From Squalus acanthias (lineage: Eukaryota), in contig CM059425.1 in the NCBI GenBank assembly GCA_030390025.1, forward strand, positions 177,508,001-177,572,000: a DNA stretch of 64,000 nucleotides, written 5' to 3'. Positions 45,849-59,746 of the stretch are shown piece after piece. A model generated the notes under the pieces. That model did no database searches. It saw only the letters and a list, made by a program, of their open reading frames with translations, and had not been told where the DNA came from. Numbering within the stretch: the first letter of the stretch is position 1; each line of letters begins with the position of its first letter. A program made the position numbers and the translations under genes.

Positions 45849-46739
45849 GCTGATGTAGTAGATGGCAGGTAAAGTGGAGATCAGAGGGCCAATCCCTCAA
45901 TGTTGTGATAGTAGCAATGTGGTGAGAGTAGCTTCCGAGGTTTCAAAAATGACCTGCAAGCTGCAGACACCCAAATCTGTGGACAAAATGGAGTCAGCAA
46001 GAGCCTTTCCATGAGGCAAGTAATGAGGTGTAATGTAGGAGTATTTATCTGCTTTTCCCAGCTGTCAATGAATGAACTCGCCAATGGCCACTGAGCTTCC
46101 GCCTCCCCTTCACAGCTGAGGTACCCAACCTCCGTGAATCCCGTGCTCCTGCAGTTAAAGTCAAAAGCTGGCATTAAAATCACTCTTAAGGATCTCTCAA
46201 CAAGCACTTAATGATTTCAATGAGATCGCCAGCCTCTGCTGATCTGGTCCTGTGTCGTGCCTTCAAAGCCGCCCGAGTTAAATGCGCGAGGTGGCAAGAT
46301 GACGGTGGGTTCCCGACACGCTTGCTATATCCGGGATTTTTACTCCCGTCCCACCCCTAAATCCGCACGGCAACATGAAAATTCCAGCCTTTGTTTCTCT
46401 CTCCACAGATGCTGCCTGACCTGCTGAGTATTTACAGCATTTTTTTTTTTAAATTTCAGATTTCCAGCATCCGCAGTATTTTGCTTTTGCGATGGTAGGA
46501 TTTGAGCTCACATGCTCTGGATTATTAGTCCAGTAACATAACCACTACACTACCAGATGTGATAAAGTCAAAGAAGGCAGCTCAAATGACAGAATGAGTC
46601 AGACAAAATATGGTAAAACATTGGCAGATGAAATTTAATGTGAGACTAGTGTAAAGTGCTGCAAATGGGAAATAAAATGGGTGACTCACGTACTCCAAGA
46701 ATGATGAAGTAGCTAAAGATGAAGTTGAAAGAGATCAAG

Positions 46740-48422
46740 AGCTGGATTTTACCAACCTCGGCGGGTCCGTGGCGGGCGACATTGGTGGCGGGTCTCAACC
46801 CTGCTGCTGGCTCCAGCTCGCTGTCCAAAATGATTTTCCCCTGATTGGGCTTATTAAGCCCACCCAGCGCGTTTGCCAGCCAATCTGATGACGTCATTTG
46901 ATGGAGTGACATCAGCCGGTTTCCTTAAAGGGACCATGCGCAAATTTACTTTGACAGTTGTGCTGTCAGTGTTCTACGGCATTGAGGTGCTGCAAACACT
47001 GACAATCGCTGCACAGAGGTGCACGGCTCTCCCATGACTCCCTCCATATGCTTATGGAGGGAGTCACAGCACGCAGGGAGGTTCTCTTCCCTTCCAGTGG
47101 GTGGAAGAGACCTCCCCAGGAGATCAACGCAGTCTGGTTGCACATAGCACAGGAGGGCACAAGCAGGGATGTCGTCAGGAGGACCAGGCTGCAGTGACAC
47201 AAACCTTTCAATGATCTCAGTAGATCACGAAACGTTACTGCAAAGCCACACTCAACCTCATCCTGCTGTGCCACTCATCACATCCCCATCAGTCTGCCGT
47301 CCCTACCCTACTCCTGCACATCCTTACTCACACCAACTTACCTTGCACCTCCACCCATCCCTCTCTATCTACATTATCACTTCCCCATCTCACTAGCCAC
47401 CCCTCACACTCACCCTCATCCTAGTCCAATCATACTAACTAACAACACACAAGGGTAGGCACTTGGGTGTTTTAGCCAATGTTCATGTGAAGTTTCTGTT
47501 ATTGTGCTGTCAAACATTGAAATCTTTATTTTCAACACTTTGTGTTCTTGGACAGATTTGTGTGAACCTTTGGAAGTGGCTTAGTGAGTTCCAGTGAATG
47601 GTGAGACATAGTGGTACCCTCCGCAATGGTGATGAGTTTGAAAGGAATGGCTTGGACATTGTAGGGATGCTTTATGGTGTTGGTGTGGGGTGGTGCCAAC
47701 CTGGCGCTATGTGGCAGCCAGGGTGTACAGCGTCAAGTGAAGAAAATGTGGCCATGGTGAGGCCATCCCTGTGTCCTGTGCAGCATCAGTTGATTGGGGA
47801 GATGGTTGGTGGTGTTGTTGATGCTGCTGGTGTGCCTGGTGCTGCTGGTGTTGGGGCTGATCGTGGTGGGATTCTGAGGACCAAGGTGAGATAGTTTCAA
47901 GGGCACTGATGCTGATGTAATAGATGACAGGTGAACTTGAGATGACAGAAGCGATCTGTCAATGGTGAGAGAGGTTGTCCCAATGAGGTGACACTGGATA
48001 CAGAGTTTGCTCCAAACACTTGCAACCTGCATAAAGCTCAATCTGTCTTCCAAATGCTGTAAACAACAGCTTCTGAGCTTGGAAAGTGAACAGCTGTGAG
48101 ATGGGAGCATTTATAGCACATTTGCAGCTGTCAAGTAAAGAGATGATTTCATGGTCATACAACTCCCGACCTGCTTACCTGACGTGATCCCCGAGCAGCT
48201 TGAACCCATGGGCGACCTCATAAAATGTAGAGGTAAGCTCAAAATACTTCTTAATGGGCTGTTAATAAGGTCATAATGACCTGAATTGCCTCCCCCCCAT
48301 GTGTTGGGTCTGTTCAGTGCTGACAGACCCGATGTCTGGGAAAGACAGCGGGGTCCCGACCCGCTGTCGAAAAAAACATTTTCCCACTCGACCTGCCACT
48401 GAACCCACGAAAAATCCCCCCC
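46740..48422. mobile_element. Internally deleted Harbinger B inserted in an old CR1
   Basis: Ends GCTGGATTTTACC / AAAAATCCCCCCC; Myb exon-1 remnant (~47000-47230) and transposase 5' remnant (~47740-47900); CR1 remnants on both sides. Confidence 0.6.
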
Positions 48423-49985
48423 AAGTGTCTCACTGGACTTGACACCCAACATGTCAAACTAATGCAGAGCACCAATGAACAAAGCCAATATATAGCCAAA
48501 ACGGTAGAATACAAGTCACAGGAAGTTATGCTTAAATTGTATAATGCTCTGGTCAGACAGCCCCTTGAGCACTGTATCCCATGCTGGACACATTCACGCC
48601 CTTGTCTTAGCGGTCTGGGTTATGAGGAAAGACAAGAAACTTGTGCTTGGAATTTCCACGGGATTCTCCCAATACTCCATTGTAACTTTGTTGGAAGATC
48701 GGCAGAATCCCCGTCTAATGATGGCCGTTTACGCTGTTTCTCTGGGGGGGTTTCACCGATCTTCCTCTGAAGTTACAGCGGGAGATGAGGAGAACCCGAC
48801 AGAAATTCTAGCCCTTGGGATTTTCAGCTTTGACAGGAAGCGTCTGAGAGGTGTTCTTCTAGAAGTATATATGATACTTAATGGTATAGAAAAGGTAAAT
48901 CTGAAAAATTATATTTAATTGTGAAAGTAACAAGGCGACGCAGGTTCATACTAGTAAAAAGTAAATTTAGACTTGCTGTGAAGCTCTTCGCAAAAAGAGT
49001 GATTCAAGCATGGATTGGATTTCTCGATTGATTAGTGGAGGTGAAAACCCTGGAATTATTGAAGAAACAACTGGCTGCAGTAATGGAGGGACTTTAGTGC
49101 CTTTCCAGATGGATTAACTAAAATTGGCTGAATGGCCTCGTTCATCATAATTATCCTGTGATCTTGTGAAGTATACTAGGTTACAAAACAAAACTCCTGT
49201 ATGTATATAGCCGTCTCTATATATCGTGGACTACATTTATTCTCATTTCTCACTCTGACACATTTCTTCAAATTGAACATCTTTGTCTGAATATCCTTCC
49301 AGATTCTCCCAGTACACGACCCTCAGTTGACCTCCTGTTTCAACGCCTGCCGTGCCTGTTTTAGTTTCAGGATTGGTGACTTGTCCTCTGCTTCATAGAG
49401 ACCATTTTGCTATGCTGGCATGCTGTCTGATCTACAGATCTTGCTCTCATAGAGTCAATGGGTTGGATTTTACCAGCCCTGAGGAGACGGTTTGCAGGCG
49501 GGACTGGTGGTAAAATTTGAAAAAATGACGACGGGTTCCGATCCCGTCATCAACCCGCCTTTGCGCAACTTTACCAGAGGCGGGCTTGCAGAGTCAGTTT
49601 CGGTCGCGTCTCCAGGCGGTGGGATAGGCCCTTAAGGCACTTAACTACCACTTAAGTACCTCTATAATCCCATTTTGAGAGGCCTTTCAAATTTTGCCAC
49701 ATTTCCAGTGTGCTGCATGTCTCTCCTGAAACACGCCAGCTAATCCTGTCGGGTTGACAAGTGGCTGGCTTCCTAACAGCTGCAGCTCCACCATAAAAAC
49801 AGAGCTTTCAACAAGGATCAGTTGCAGGTGGCAGAACTTTGTTTTTTCAGGTCTTGGAGAACTTTTTGCAGGTCCACTGTACTTGGAAGTGGTGAAGCTG
49901 AGATCCATCTCCACTGTGACCTCCTGGGAAAACCCTCTCCCCACATTGACTGAGCGCTTCCTCAACTGAGGTATCTACCAGCAGC

Positions 49986-51193
49986 ATGGGAACCATTTAT
50001 TTCCTTTCATCCTGGACCTCAGATTCGGAGGACGAGCAGCCACGGCAGCAGCAGAACCAGGCACGACAGCAGCAACAACAGCAGCAACAACAGGAACACC
50101 AACCTGCTGCTCACCCACCTGATGGTGCACAGGGCAGAAGGCGCCAGTGCAGGGAAGTACGTCACCGCAGGAGATACCCCAAAACAGGGTTTACAGGATG
50201 AGGATGAGCTTCTTCAACATGACTGAGCAGCAGTGCCAAAGGAGGCTGAGACTTTCGCGCGAGGCGATGCTGCACCAACACCTGGAGCCCAGAGGAGCGG
50301 GTGGACACCCCTTACCAGTGGCTGTCAAAGTCACCACCGCACTCAACTTTTTTGCTTCAGGCTCCTTCCAGGGATCTTCAGCAGACATCTCCCAGTCGGC
50401 CGCACACACTTGCATCACGCAGGTTACCGATGTCCTCTTTGCAAAGGCCCACAATTACATACACTTCTCCACGGATCAAGCAAGTATAACCGCGCGTGTC
50501 GTTGGCTTTGCAAATATGGCAGGCTTGCCAAAGGTGCAGGGCGTCGTAGACTGTACACATGTGGCCCTTAAGGCACCCCATCACAACCTAGCTCTTTTTG
50601 TCAACCGCAAGGGCTTCCACTCCCTCAACGTGCAGCTGGTGTGTAACCACAAGAAGGACATTTTGCATGTTTGCGCCAAGTGCCCTGGCAGTTGCCATGA
50701 CTCGTTCATCCTGCGGCAGTCTTGTGTGCCTTCGCTTTTCAGTCCGCCAAACCAACTTTGCGGATGGCTACTTGGAGACAAGGGATATCCCTGAAGACGT
50801 GGCTAATGACATCGGTCAGAAGGCCATCCAACGAAGCTGAGGAGCCACATTTCGACCAGATCCATTATCGAGCAATCCATCAGCTTGCTGAAGATGCAAT
50901 TCAGATGGCTTGACAGATCAGGTGGAGCCCTGCAGTACTCAGCAGCCAGGGTCTCCAGAATCGTCATGGTCTGCTGTGCACAGCACAACATCACACAGCA
51001 TCGTGGCTTGCAGCTGCCTGAGGAACAAGTGGCTCAGCGCATAGCCTCCTCAGATGAGTAGGAGGATGAGGAGGAGGAGGAGGAGAACGAGAACGAAGAC
51101 CTTGCGGATGCGCATCAACCAGCTGCAGCAGCACGCGAGCACATTGCTGCCCGGGATGCAAGGGATGCACTCATCTTGGCCAGATTTGCTTAA
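49986..51193 (+). pseudogene. Harbinger DDE transposase (HARBI1-like), frameshifted
   Basis: [39 protein letters not shown] and [10 protein letters not shown]. Confidence 0.9.
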
Positions 51194-51448
51194 GTTGCCC
51201 ATTCAAACACATGTGCCTGGCACCTTCTTACCACAACAATGGACAAGAACCTGTGGCTTCCTATCACTCTGACCACCATCATGACAAAGACAATTCACCC
51301 TGAGCCCTCAATGTGGAACTTCCATTTCCGAAATGACAGAGTCCAGAACTTCAACAGTTTGCCATCACTTCATTTTAATACATTGACTACTAAAGGATGG
51401 CATTTAACAATTAAACACAATAGAACACCCAAGTGACTACCCTTGTGA

Positions 51449-53413
51449 CTACTTGTGCATTATCTTCCTCTTACGCGTGCTCCTACGTGGTGCTTCCCCT
51501 GTGGCTTCAGCAGATGTGGAGGCCCCTTGCTCACTCTCATGCTGCTCCTGCTTCGACACCTTTGGCGGGCGTCCTCTGGAGTTGCGAGCCTGTGAGGGCT
51601 CGCCAACAGTCTGCTCCTCCTGCGGCTGTGCAGGGGCTGAGACGCCCATCTCAGTTGGGTGAGGACTCTGGTGGGGCTCTGACCGAGGGCTCCGTAGTGG
51701 CATGGGAGTGTGAGCGCTTGGAGAGGAGCCCCCACTTCCTTGTTCTCTGCCACCAACATCCCTCTCATGGTTTAGTCCCACTTCAGAGCTAGCAAGTGGC
51801 TTGACAGCACCTTGCTGCATATCAGGGGGGCCATGAGGACCCGTTTCTGCACTGGCAGTCCTACTCCAGAGGACTTCCATGAAGGTCTCGTTTCTCTGAT
51901 CAATAGCTGTCCATCGCTCCTCCAGAGATGTCCGTCTATTCTGAACATTCACCATGTTTTCCACATTCTGGCGACTTAGCTCCTCCATGGCCATAGCTAT
52001 CCTCTCCTCTACCGTAGCCATCCTTTCCACGGAGGTTGCCATCCTTTCCACGGTGATGTGTTGATTCGCCAATGCCTCCACAAAGGCGCTGCTCATGTTA
52101 GCGTTGGACTCTCCATCCGCTCCACACTCGCAGTGACCCTGGAGACAAAACCTGCCAGAGACTCTTGCATCTGTTCCTGGAGTTCCAGCACCGCTCTCCT
52201 TCTGGATGGACCCGGAGGCACAGGGTCGATATGCAGCTGAGCCGAGCTGGCAGAGTCCTGCGGCCTCCGATAAGGACTCTCCACTGCTGTCCCTGTCTCC
52301 ACCATCTGCCGATGCTCACTTGTGAGCTGTGATACACCAGGTGACAACACTACTCTATGTCGCGATGGTCCCACCGAGGTGTGAGTGTCTGCGCTGGTGC
52401 TGGGTGCGCTGAATTCTGCTGATGCTGCGCCCTCAGAGGTTGCAGGTTCCTCTGAGGAATCTTCCGGCTCAGCCTCTTCCTCCTGGACAGTGGGGAGGGG
52501 GGCTGTCGATGGTCCTGTGGGGGAGTAAAGGCATGAGTTAGACATGTAATGTAAACACAGCATGCACATGGAATAGTGCAGATGATCATAAGTCAATCTG
52601 TTTGAGCATCAGAAGCCATATCAGTCACTCATGCAATGTCAATGAGAGAGATGCAAAACTATTCTGTCACCAGCTTGCCCTGATGTGCCCGTCTGTCCGT
52701 CTCCCACTTCCACATCCTCCTCAGCACCAATGATCTCTAGGGCCGCCTCCTCTGCACTGGTAAGATGGGCTATTGAGGCTGGCCCTCCTCCAGTCTTCAC
52801 CCTTTCCCTCTTATTGTGGGCTCTCTTTTCCTGCAATGAGGGACACAAGTGGAGGTTGAGTGAGAATGATGGAGTGAGTGTAGATAATCCATAGTATAGA
52901 TGCTTAGAAGGACACAAAGATGGAGTGAGGTTCCAATACTAAGGGCCCGCCCTGTGTGTTGTTAGTTGTTGTCATAGCATAACAGTGATAGGGAGTGTGA
53001 GGGCAGCATAGTCGAATAGTTAAGTGATTGTGCACATAGAGAGAGAGGGAATGGTTAAGGGTGCAAGGGATGTAAGGGTAAAGTGGGATGTGTAGGAGTA
53101 GGTTGACAATGCAGAGTGATGGTGCTGAGAGGAGATGAGGAGGAGAATGAGGGTAAAGGTGATGGTATACTCACTTTGCCTTTTCAGACAAGGTCATTGA
53201 ACCTCTTTCGGCACTGCAGCCAGGTTCTGCTGCACATTGATCTGGCACTCACCTCCTGGGCAACTTGCAGCCACACAGCTTTGGTCTGCTGAGGAGATTT
53301 TTCCTCCCAGAGGATGTTAAAAGCACCTCCTTCTGTGCTCTGGTTCCCTCCACCAGAGCATGGAGTGAGTCATCATTAAACCGAGGTGAGGCCTTGGACC
53401 TTGAAGTTGACAT
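51449..53413 (-). pseudogene. Harbinger Myb/SANT-like gene (three exons, frameshifted)
   Basis: PRFNDDSL...WLQVAQEVSA...QCRKRFNDL; exon 2 EKRAHNKRERVKTGGG; exon 3 ending PRRSTRKRK. Confidence 0.8.
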
Positions 53414-53697
53414 TGCACTAGCTCCAAAAACTATTTTCTACAGAAGCAAACACAAGCGTTTAGGCACAAAATGAACCAAGGCTGCTTGGAGCCCTTAAAT
53501 GCAGCTGAAGAAATGACGTCATCGGAATCGAGTTTCAGGCCCAAAATCTAATTGGGCCAGGGGTTCACACATTCTGGGAATCAATTGTCCAATTAGGCAA
53601 AATCGCAATTTTTTCCCGCCCGACAGCGGAGGCGGGATCGGGACCCGTCGACCACCTGACCCACACCCAACCCGCCACCAATGATAAAATCGAGCCC

Positions 53698-54880
53698 ATA
53701 GAGTCATAATGGCACAGAAGGAGGCCATTCGGCCCATCGAGTCTGTGCCGGCTCTCTGTAAAGCAATCCAGTCAGTCCCATTCCCCCGCTCTATCCCCGT
53801 AGCCCTGCAAGTTTATTTCCCTCAAGTGCCTATCCAGTCTCCCCTTGAAAACATTGAGTGTCTCCGCTTCCATCACTTCCATCGGCAGCGAGTTCCAGGT
53901 CCTCACCACTCGCTGTGTTAAAAAGTTTTTCCTCACATCCCCCCTGTATCTCTTTCCCAAAACCTTAAATCTGTGTCCCCTAGTCCTTGTACCATCAACT
54001 AGTGGGAACAGCCTTTCCCCGTCTAGCCTATCCAAACCCGTCATAATCTTGTACACCTCTATCAAATCACCCCTCAACCTCCTTTGCTCGAATGAAAAGA
54101 AATCCAGCTTCTCCAACCTGTCCTTGTAGCTAAGATCCCCCATCCCTGTAACCATTCTAGTAAATCTCCTCTGCACCCTCTCAAGTGCCTTCACATCCTT
54201 CCTAAAGTGTGGTGACCAGAACTGGACGCAATACTCCAGTTGTGGCCTAACCAGCGCTTTATAAAGGTTCAGCATAACTTCTCTACTTTTACACTCAGTG
54301 CCTCTATTTATGAAGCCTAAGATCATAGAAACATAGAAACATAGAATCTAGGAGCAGGAGTAGGCCATTCGGCCCGTCGAGCCTGCTCCGCCATTCAATA
54401 CGATCATGGCTGATCATCCAAATCCAGTACCCTGTCCCTGCTTTAATCCCCACAGTACACACATATCCCACCCTACCCCCATAACCCCACATATTTAATC
54501 CCCCCTAACACTAAGGGTCAATTTATCATAGCCAAATCAACCTAACCCACACATTTTTGGACTGTGGGAGGAAACCGGAGCACCCGGAGGAAACCCACGC
54601 AGACACGGGGAGAATGTGCAAACTCCACACAGACAGTCACCCGAGGTCAGATTCGAACCCGGGTCTCTGGCGCTGTGAGGCACCAGTGCTAACCACTATG
54701 CCACCGTGATCCCATATGCTTTGCTAACCATTCTCTCAATATGTCCCGCCACCTTCAGGGACCTATGCACATTAACTCCCAGGTCCCTCTGTCCCTGCAC
54801 ACTCTTTAAAACTGTGCCATTAAGTGTATATTGCCTCTCCCTGTTCCTTCTGCCAAAATGCATCACCTCACACTTCTGTA
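53698..54880 (-). mobile_element. CR1 LINE 3' fragment interrupted by a SINE
   Basis: ILGFINRG...RPQLEYCVQFWSP...WNSLP. Confidence 0.9.
54324..54707 (-). mobile_element. V-SINE (HE1-like) with CR1-derived 3' tail
   Basis: Reverse complement of the 24771-25215 type, ending in (TTCTATGT)n. Confidence 0.88.
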
Positions 54881-54925
54881 AATCTTACTGTATGCTTTTT
54901 GCTGTCTCCTTCCATTTCTCATTGA

Positions 54926-56240
54926 TGTGGAGATGCCGGCGTTGGACTGGGGTGGACAAAAATGAGAAGTCGCACAACACCATCAAAGATGGACGCCTCA
55001 GCACTTCACTCTACCGCAAGCCCACGGACAACCTCACGATGCTCCACTTCTCCAGCTTCCACCCTAACCACGTTAAAGAAGCCATCCCCTATGGACAAGC
55101 CCTGCGAATACACAGGATCTGCTCAGACGAGGAGGAACGCGATGGACACCTACGGACACTGAAAGACGCCCTCGTAAGAACGGGATATGACGCTCGACTC
55201 GTCGATCGACAGTTCCGACGGGCCACAGCGAAAAACCGCATAGACCTCCTCAGAAGACGAACACGGGACACAACCAACAGAGTACCCTACGTCGTCCAGT
55301 ACTTCCCCGGAGCGGAAAAACTACGCCATGGGCTTCGCAGCCTTCAACATGTCATCGATGACGACGAACACCTTGCTAAGGCCATCCCCACGCCTCCACT
55401 ACTCGCCTTCAAGCAGCCGCCTAACCTCAAAAGTACCATCGTTCGCAGCAGATTACCCATCTTTCAGGAGAACAGCAACCAAGACACCACACAACCCTGC
55501 CACGGCAACCTCTGCAAGACATGCCAAATCATGGACACAGATACCATCATCACACGTGAGGACACTACCCACCAGGTACACGGTACATACTCATGTGACT
55601 CGGCCAACGTTGTCTACCTGATACGTTGCAGTAAAGGATGCTCCAGAGCATGGTACATCGGCGAGACCATGCAGACACTGAGACAACGTATGAACGGACA
55701 GCGCGCAACAATCGCCAGGCAGGAGGGTTGCCTCCCAGTCGGGGAACACTTCAGCAGCCAGGGGCATTCAGCCTCGGATCTGCGGGTAAGCGTCCTCCAA
55801 GGCGGCCTTCGGGATACACGACAGCGCAAAATCATAGAGCAGAAACTGATAGCCAAGTTCCGCACTCATGAGGATGGCCTCAATCGCGATATCGGGTTCA
55901 TGTCACGATACAGAACGTGACTTGACATCATGGCCGGTCTTCCCAGGTGTTTTTTTTTAAAAAGACTAACACAAGAAACCAACACAAATTGACAGGATAT
56001 GCAGCCAGCAGGTGGTTTGACACGTTGGACCCCCTGGGACACATCTCATTGTCTTGGCTGTGTGCTCTTAGTGTGTCTTTGATGTAGGGAAATATTTGAA
56101 TAGATTTTGTCTGTGTTTAAATTGTGAATTCTGGGAGATTCTCTCACTGCTAACTTACCTGAGGAAGGAGCGACAGCTCCGAAAGCTTGTAAAATTAAAT
56201 AAATCTGTTGGACTATAACCTGGTGTTGTGCGACTTCTCA
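54926..56240 (+). mobile_element. 5'-truncated Penelope-like retroelement (RT thumb plus GIY-YIG endonuclease, pLTR, inverted 5' pLTR piece)
   Basis: LYRKPTD, HVKEAIPYGQALRIHRICS, CKTC, NVVYLIRC...WYIGET...RQRMNGQ; 13-bp direct repeat CATTTCTCATTGA at 54913-54925 and 56239-56251. Confidence 0.92.
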
Positions 56241-56521
56241 TTTCTCATTGAAACTGAGTATTACACAGCTGGAATTGAATGCACTATTTATAGGTAGCTG
56301 CTCGGCTAGTTGAGCAGCATTCTTGTAGGTATCTCCATTTAGTCATGCATCTTAATGTACCTGAACTTCCAGAAAGTGCAGAGTAAGGTTCTACATTCCT
56401 GTTAATGCATTAATAAATGACAAAAAAAGTTTAAACTCATATATCACAATGCACTAGGGGTTAAGGTATGTGTTTTTGGATGTTGTACATTAAAACATTT
56501 AGTTCACATCAAAAACATGTA

Positions 56522-59500
56522 GGGCACGATTTTAATAGCCCTGAGGAGGCGGGTTTGGAGGCGGGTCTGTTGGGAAAATCGGGAAAAATGGCTTCAGACA
56601 CCGAACCCGCCTCCATCCCGCCCCCACCCGATTTTCCTGAGTGTCTGTTTAGCCGCCCCCAAACTGACCCGTCTCCAACCGATGGGACAGGTAGTTAAGT
56701 AAGTTAACAGCCCGTTAACTGCCTTGCTAATCCTATTTTCATAGTAGTTTCCCATTTTCCTGCTACTGGTTCCTGTTTCCCGACTAGTCAGAAACAGGCC
56801 AGGTTCAAGGAGATGAGTTGCAGGAGGACATCATTTGTATGCATTGGTGGAGCGCTTTAAAAGCGCCCCTGAAACATGACTGACATTCAAATACAACAAC
56901 TTTGCTGTTGTAGGTATGGGATAACATTTTGCACATCTACTGACATTCTGACTGTTCGAGCTGACACCCATCTGCAGTGTGTTATGAATGGAATTATTTC
57001 AGGCCACTTAGACTGTGCACTTGCAAGATTGTTACCTCAAATGAAATCTATAGCAAGGGGATGGGAAACATTTATGCCCTCTCATCCTGGTCCTTATAAA
57101 TCGGGGGAGTAGCAGCCGCGTGGCTCACCAGATATTTTCCTGGGAAGAGGAGTAGGAGGAGGACGAGGGGAGCCTTGCATGCCCTGTTGTGACCAATGCA
57201 GCATCCCTGCAGTTCACTGCTGCCCATCAACCAGGGTATGCACACTGCCATGCCACACTAATATAAGCTTACTCTTCGACCAGTGGTGGGCATCATATGG
57301 CTCTGTAATTGCAGGCGACACTTGTCCAATGTTATACTTCATCTCTGCTATACTTTATTTCCTATCACTTTTACCATCAGCATTACAAATGTAAGTCGCC
57401 CTGAGCCCTCAATGCGCTTTTGACATTTCCCAGAACACATAGGCCACACAATCAACAGTTTGACATAATTTATCTTTAATACATGACAAAATATACCAGC
57501 AACAGTCAGAAAAAAAAGAAACATCACCCAAGCGAGTCCCCTTGTGACTATAGGTGCTTAATCTCTCTCTTACGCGTGCTTTTACGTGGTGCTTCCCCTG
57601 TGGCTTCTGCAGATGTAGAGGCACCTTGCTGACTAGGATGCTGCGCCTGCTTAGACGCCTTTGGTGAGCGTCCTCTTCGTTTGGGAGCCTGGGAGGGCTC
57701 TTCAACAGTCTGCTCTTCCTGCGGCTGTGCAGGGGCTGAAACGGCCATCTCAGTTGTCTCTGCAATGTGGGTCTCTGACCGAGGCCTCTGTAATGGCATG
57801 GTCATGTGAGTGCTTTGTGAAGAGCCCACACTTCCTTCTGTCCTGCCAACAACATCCCTCTCATGGGTCAGCCGCACCTCAGCGCTGGCAAATGGCAGGA
57901 GAGCACCTTGCTGCACTTCAGGGGGGCCATGAGGACTCGTATCTGCACTGGTAGTCCTCCTCAAAAGGACGTCCATGAAGCTCTGGTCTCTCTGCTCAAT
58001 AGCTGCCCATCGCTCCTCCAGAGATGTCATTCTATTCTGAACAGTCACCATGTTTTCCTGACTTTGGCGACTTATTTCCTCCATGGCCGTAGCCATCCTT
58101 TCCACTGAGGTAGCCATCCATTCCACGGAGGTTGCCATCCTATCCATGGTGGTGCATTCATGCGCCATTGCCTCTACCACGGCAGTGCTGATGTTAGAGA
58201 TGGACTCCTCCATTCTCTCCACACTCTAACCCTAGAGGCAAACCCTTCCAGAGACACCTGCACTTGTTCCTGTATTTCATGAACTGGCCTTTTTCTGGAT
58301 GGCCCCAGAGTCACAGCGTCTGCATGCAGCTCAGCAGAGCTAGGAGAGTCTTGTGACCTCCGCAGAGGACTCTCCACTGCTGTCGCTGTCTCCAATATCT
58401 GCTGATACTCACTTGTGCGCTGTGATAGACCAGGTGGCAACACCTCTCTAACTCGCGATGGCCCCACCGAGGTATGCGTTGCTGCGCTGGTGCTGGGTGC
58501 GTTGAGTCCTGGTGACGCTGGTCCCTCAGAGGTTTCAGGTTCCTCTGAGGAGATGTCCGGGTCTTCGTCCTGGATCGTGGGGAGGGGGGCGCTCGATGAT
58601 CCTGTGGGAGAGTAAAGGCTTGAATTAGACATCTGATATTGATGTAGCAGACACATCCTTTTGAGCAGATGATACAAAGCGATTCTCTATGAACATCATA
58701 TTCCATTGCTTTCTGAGAGGGATGAAAATCTATTATGTCACCAGCTTCCTCTAGTGTGCAGGTCTCTCCATCGCCCACTTCAGGTCCTCACCACCGCCAA
58801 CAATCTCGTTTGCTGCCTCCTCAGCACTGGTCAATGTTGCAAGGGTAGGTGTTCCTCCTCCAGTCATTGCTCTCTCCCTCTTATTGTGGGCTATCGTTTC
58901 CTGCAAGGAGGGACACAAGTGGTGTTTCAGCCACAGTGATGAAGTGAGTGTGATGAATCCCTACCATAGAAGCTTTGAGTGAGACGAAGATGGGGTAAAG
59001 TGCCAAAGGGAAGGTAGCTCCCTGTGCGTTGTTAGTTGTTGTCACTGCATGATAGTGAGTGCGAGTCTAAAGGGTGCATAGGCAGGATGCTGAAGTGATT
59101 CAGTGCAGAGACAGAGATGGATAGGAAAGGGTGCAAGGGAAGTAAGAGTAAGGTGGGATGTGAAGGAGGAGGCTTACATCACAGAGTGCTGGTGATGAGA
59201 AGAGAAGGGAAGCAGAGTGAAAGCAAGTGAGATGGGATACTCACTTTTGATGTTCTCACAAGATCATTAAACCTTTTGCGGCACTGGATCTGTGAGCGTG
59301 CATAAATGGACCTTGCGCTCACCTCCTGAGCAATGCGCAGCCAGGCTGCCTTGGTCTGCTGAGGAGGCTTCCTCCGGGCATCAGGAGGGAAGAGACTCTC
59401 TCTGCGCCCTCTGACAGCATCCACAAGAACTTGGAGGGACTCATCATTAAAACGAGGAGCTGCCTTGCCTCTGGAAGAAGTCACAGCTTTGAAAAGAAGT

Positions 59501-59746
59501 GCAGGAAACCACAATAGAAAGGCTCAGGCTGGATGGCAGCTTTAAAAGCAGCTGCTATTATGATGTCATCAGAGGCGGTCAGCTGGCCCGATCCCACTCA
59601 TTGGACCGGCCAGCGCGCCTCCTTGAAATTAACAAGGTACTTCAATAAAAATCGCAACTCTGCAGCTGTTCCCGCCGGTAGGGTCTCCTGAACCCGCCCA
59701 CCACGCAACCCGACTCCAACCCACCTCGGGAATTAAAATCGAGCCC
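56522..59746. mobile_element. Harbinger D, retaining the Myb/SANT gene but with no recognisable transposase
   Basis: TIRs GGGCACGATTTTAAT / ATTAAAATCGAGCCC; flanks GTA/TTA. Confidence 0.82.
57548..59485 (-). pseudogene. Harbinger Myb/SANT-like gene (three exons)
   Basis: APRFNDESLQVLVDAV...WLRIAQEVSARS...QCRKRFNDLVRTSK|GTGAG; frameshift near 58220. Confidence 0.8.

Larger units (their letters stand above)
42249..46389. mobile_element. PIF/Harbinger DNA transposon A (decayed; Myb/SANT gene +, transposase -)
   Basis: TIRs GGCCGGAATTTT / AAAATTCCAGCC enclosing two convergent genes. Confidence 0.85.
49460..53697. mobile_element. PIF/Harbinger DNA transposon C (transposase +, Myb/SANT gene -)
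   Basis: TIRs GGGTTGGATTTTACC / GATAAAATCGAGCCC; convergent genes. Confidence 0.85.

Noticed and set aside
50040..50100. PolyQ-encoding CAG/CAA run
   Set aside because: Low-complexity N-terminus of the decayed Harbinger transposase, not a host gene.
54706..54982. N-terminal part of the 404-aa ORF
   Set aside because: Chance read-in from antisense CR1 and the inverted pLTR; PLE coding similarity starts near 54983.
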